DNA of 64,000 nt from Candidatus Omnitrophota bacterium. Lineage in GTDB: Bacteria > Omnitrophota > Gorgyraeia > Gygaellales > JAQTUX01. The stretch is taken from NCBI GenBank assembly GCA_028707125.1, contig JAQTUX010000002.1, positions 272,355 through 336,354 on the forward strand, read 5' to 3'. Below, piece by piece: positions 62,406 through 64,000 of the stretch (position 1 is the first letter of the stretch; each line of letters starts with the position of its first letter). Below the pieces are notes generated by a model. That model worked only from the letters and a program-made list of their open reading frames with translations, was not told the origin of the DNA and did no database searches. The position numbers were made by a program, and so were the translations under genes.

Positions 62406-63585
62406 CCAGATAGAATGTAGCTCCCTCTGGATTCACATCCAGGTTTGTTGACCAGACAAAACCCCCTAATATATAGGAAAGGTCTTTGCCCTTCAGGTCT
62501 ATGGTATATTGCTTCCATTCCGTGCTGAGCATGACCGGGCCTATGCCGGCGACATCGGAATCGGAATATTCATTACTGACACCGCCTACCTTAAATTCCT
62601 CGATCCTCTCGGTGCCCTTCTCGCCGCGCGCCCAGAAGGTAAGCTTTGTGGCGTTGGAAAGGTCAAAGCCGGCGTCAATAGTGCCCCAGTTGTTAGCGGG
62701 GTTAAGCCAGTAAACGCCTACCCAACGCTGCCCCTTGGTCGCCTTGTTGCTGTAAACCACCTTTATGCAAGTATCCCCGAGGTAGGGGTTTTCCCTGGAA
62801 TCGTTGACAAGCATTACGTCTTCGGAGCTGTAATCGCCCATGTAACCCGAAGGCACAAAATGATTATTCAAAGACGACTTATCGGTATAGACATAAAACG
62901 GCATAACCTCCTTATTCCTGGTCTGCGGCTTAATGTTGGGGTCAGCGACATATTTTATGTCATCAAGATAAAACACAACTCCGTTGGGAGACAGGTCGGT
63001 ATTGGCAACCCAGCAAAACCCGCCGGCTATAGAGGTGAGGTCCCTGCCCGCCAGGTTTATGGCGTACTCCTTCCAGGTGTTGGTCAATTCTATGGGGCCT
63101 GACTCCACCGTGGCGGAATCAGGATACAGCCCTTTGATCCCGCCGACGACAAACTTCTGGATGATCTCGCCGCCCTTCTCGCCGCGCGCCCAGAAGGTAA
63201 GCTGGGTCATGCCGGTCAGGTCAAATCCGCCCTTCTTGGTCCCCCAGTTGTTCGCGGGATTCTGCCAGTAAACGCCTGCCCAACCCTCATTCTCCGGGGC
63301 ATACGACACCTTTACACAAGTGGTGCCGGAACGCGGGTTATCCATACTGTCTTCCACAAGCTTGACTACGCGGCCTATAACGGAGACCGTCTGGTTATCG
63401 CCCATATAACCGGAAGGTATGTAATGGTTATCCGGGGAATTTTTGTCCGCGTAGACATTGAATGTCTTGTAGCTTGCCGCTTCGTCTTTCAGCGCCGCCG
63501 CGCCTTCTTCGGCAGCGCGGACTGGATCCGGCGCGGAAACCGAAACCGCGAGAAACATAGACAACGCAACTGCTAAAAACTTCAT
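62386..63585 (-). CDS. secreted protein composed of two tandem copies of an uncharacterised ~170-aa beta-rich domain (candidate carbohydrate-binding module)
   Basis: 399 aa with a signal peptide. Repeat 1 (YADKNSPDNHYIPSGYMGD…GVYWQNPANNWGT…LTFWARGEKGGE…FYLDDIKY) and repeat 2 (YTDKSSLNNHFVPSGYMGD…GVYWLNPANNWGT…LTFWARGEKGTE…FYLDEIKYE) align end to end. Confidence 0.55.
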   Translation of the reverse strand: MKFLAVALSMFLAVSVSAPDPVRAAEEGAAALKDEAASYKTFNVYADKNSPDNHYIPSGYMGDNQTVSVIGRVVKLVEDSMDNPRSGTTCVKVSYAPENEGWAGVYWQNPANNWGTKKGGFDLTGMTQLTFWARGEKGGEIIQKFVVGGIKGLYPDSATVESGPIELTNTWKEYAINLAGRDLTSIAGGFCWVANTDLSPNGVVFYLDDIKYVADPNIKPQTRNKEVMPFYVYTDKSSLNNHFVPSGYMGDYSSEDVMLVNDSRENPYLGDTCIKVVYSNKATKGQRWVGVYWLNPANNWGTIDAGFDLSNATKLTFWARGEKGTERIEEFKVGGVSNEYSDSDVAGIGPVMLSTEWKQYTIDLKGKDLSYILGGFVWSTNLDVNPEGATFYLDEIKYE

Positions 63586-63603
63586 ACTGCACCTCCTTTT
63601 TTT

Positions 63604-64000
63604 TCAGTGTTTGCTTAAAAGATCCTTGAATTCCCACGGCTCATCCCTAAGCCATGAGTCCCTGTATAGAAAATAACTCTTCCTTAAATGCCGAAGGAAC
63701 GGGCTTAACGCCCCGCTGCCCTGTCCGCAGACGCCCAGCCATTCCTCATGCATATACCCGTCGGGGAACGGCCCGGTGAACAGGCCCTGCCTGTCGTGGA
63801 TGAACGGCTCGTATGCCTTCCACCATTCATCCAGCCATTCAAATACGATGCCGCCCAGAGAGTTGCCCGCGCCCTCGCTGAATGCCGTATTGTTTTCTAT
63901 GTCCTGCCAGCAGCCCCTGTGATACTCCGCCTGAAGCCCTTCGGCGTCACTAAGCGATCTGCCTTTGGCGTACGCGGGGCAGCCGTATTCACTGATAAAT
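63604..64000 (-). CDS. glycoside hydrolase, GH-A clan, paralog of 61128-62405 (partial; N-terminus beyond window end)
   Basis: Hand translation of the minus strand gives …FEWLDEWWKAYEPFIHDRQGLFTGPFPDGYMHEEWLGVCGQGSGALSPFLRHLRKSYFLYRDSWLRDEPWEFKDLLSKH*, matching the …FEWNDEWWK…EEWFGIVA…RKSYYVLKKFF… C-terminus of the upstream GH. Truncated by the window, so absent from the ORF track. Confidence 0.6.
   Translation of the reverse strand, partial: FISEYGCPAYAKGRSLSDAEGLQAEYHRGCWQDIENNTAFSEGAGNSLGGIVFEWLDEWWKAYEPFIHDRQGLFTGPFPDGYMHEEWLGVCGQGSGALSPFLRHLRKSYFLYRDSWLRDEPWEFKDLLSKH

Noticed and set aside
63428-63637. 69-aa minus-strand ORF straddling the start of the tandem-domain gene
   Set aside because: It overlaps the signal-peptide coding region and promoter of the real gene in another frame and is Arg-rich low complexity.
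1-64000. Mobile elements, integrases, toxin-antitoxin pairs, restriction-modification or other defence islands
   Set aside because: No transposase, integrase, recombinase, phage structural, methyltransferase or nuclease-cluster signatures are recognisable in any frame. The NYN-domain protein is of the housekeeping YacP type and has no partner toxin or antitoxin.

Overview
This 64 kb window is a gene-dense, chromosome-like segment from an anaerobic bacterium, with no prophage, CRISPR array or integrase visible. Coding density is about 95%, and all but two genes are on the minus strand. From the high-coordinate end to the low: two paralogous clan GH-A glycoside hydrolases flank a secreted protein made of two tandem copies of an unassigned ~170-aa domain, with LacI- and ROK-family regulators alongside. 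Next come a class II ribonucleotide reductase (nrdJ), an archaeal-type phosphoglycerate mutase (apgM) and mnmG. Then a stand-alone receiver, a GAF-ANTAR protein, nadE, an Lrp regulator and an aminotransferase. A divergent plus-strand pair (a Gfo/Idh/MocA oxidoreductase and lpxB) sits opposite an msbA-like ABC exporter. The rpsB-tsf-pyrH-frr cluster follows, then three tRNAs (Lys-UUU, Leu-UAG, Gly-GCC). After that come a regulatory PTS set (ptsN-yvcK-ptsH-ptsI), metK and ahcY, and a long array running pfkA-fba-ilvD-ilvB-ilvN-ilvC-leuA/cimA-aroE-prepilin peptidase-trxB. A block of poorly characterised genes follows: NYN RNase, MBL hydrolase, a TM-helix protein, an orphan AmmeMemoRadiSam-type radical SAM enzyme and a Gly-zipper/Zn-ribbon lipoprotein. 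Then pgi, speH, a ZIP transporter and a permease. The last ~11 kb (171-11241) is a gap-free, co-directional redox and oxidative/nitrosative-stress array headed by an Rrf2 regulator with a palindromic operator. It carries a ferredoxin, an HD protein, hcp, a peroxiredoxin, a two-subunit 2-oxoacid:ferredoxin oxidoreductase, a flavodiiron protein, a pterin dehydratase, a rubredoxin, two ferritin/rubrerythrin-like proteins, a PNPOx-like flavoprotein, a CPYC glutaredoxin-like protein and a second trxB. The rubredoxin and one small ferritin-like gene are under 60 aa and absent from the ORF track. The most unusual non-coding signal is a family of intergenic imperfect palindromes built from phased 7-bp units (NNNNAAA-type). 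There are four long copies (14255-14397, 31741-31836, 50221-50345, 52206-52337) and a fifth heptad-based inverted repeat in the tRNA spacer. Two copies share a near-identical ~42 nt core, and one supplies the C-terminal codons of mnmG. Other points of interest are an 11-bp perfect hairpin that pairs the start codon of the radical SAM gene, a 44-bp perfect palindrome with a GGATTATCC-type motif (three copies) upstream of rpsB, and a near-leaderless promoter for the Gfo/Idh/MocA-lpxB pair.
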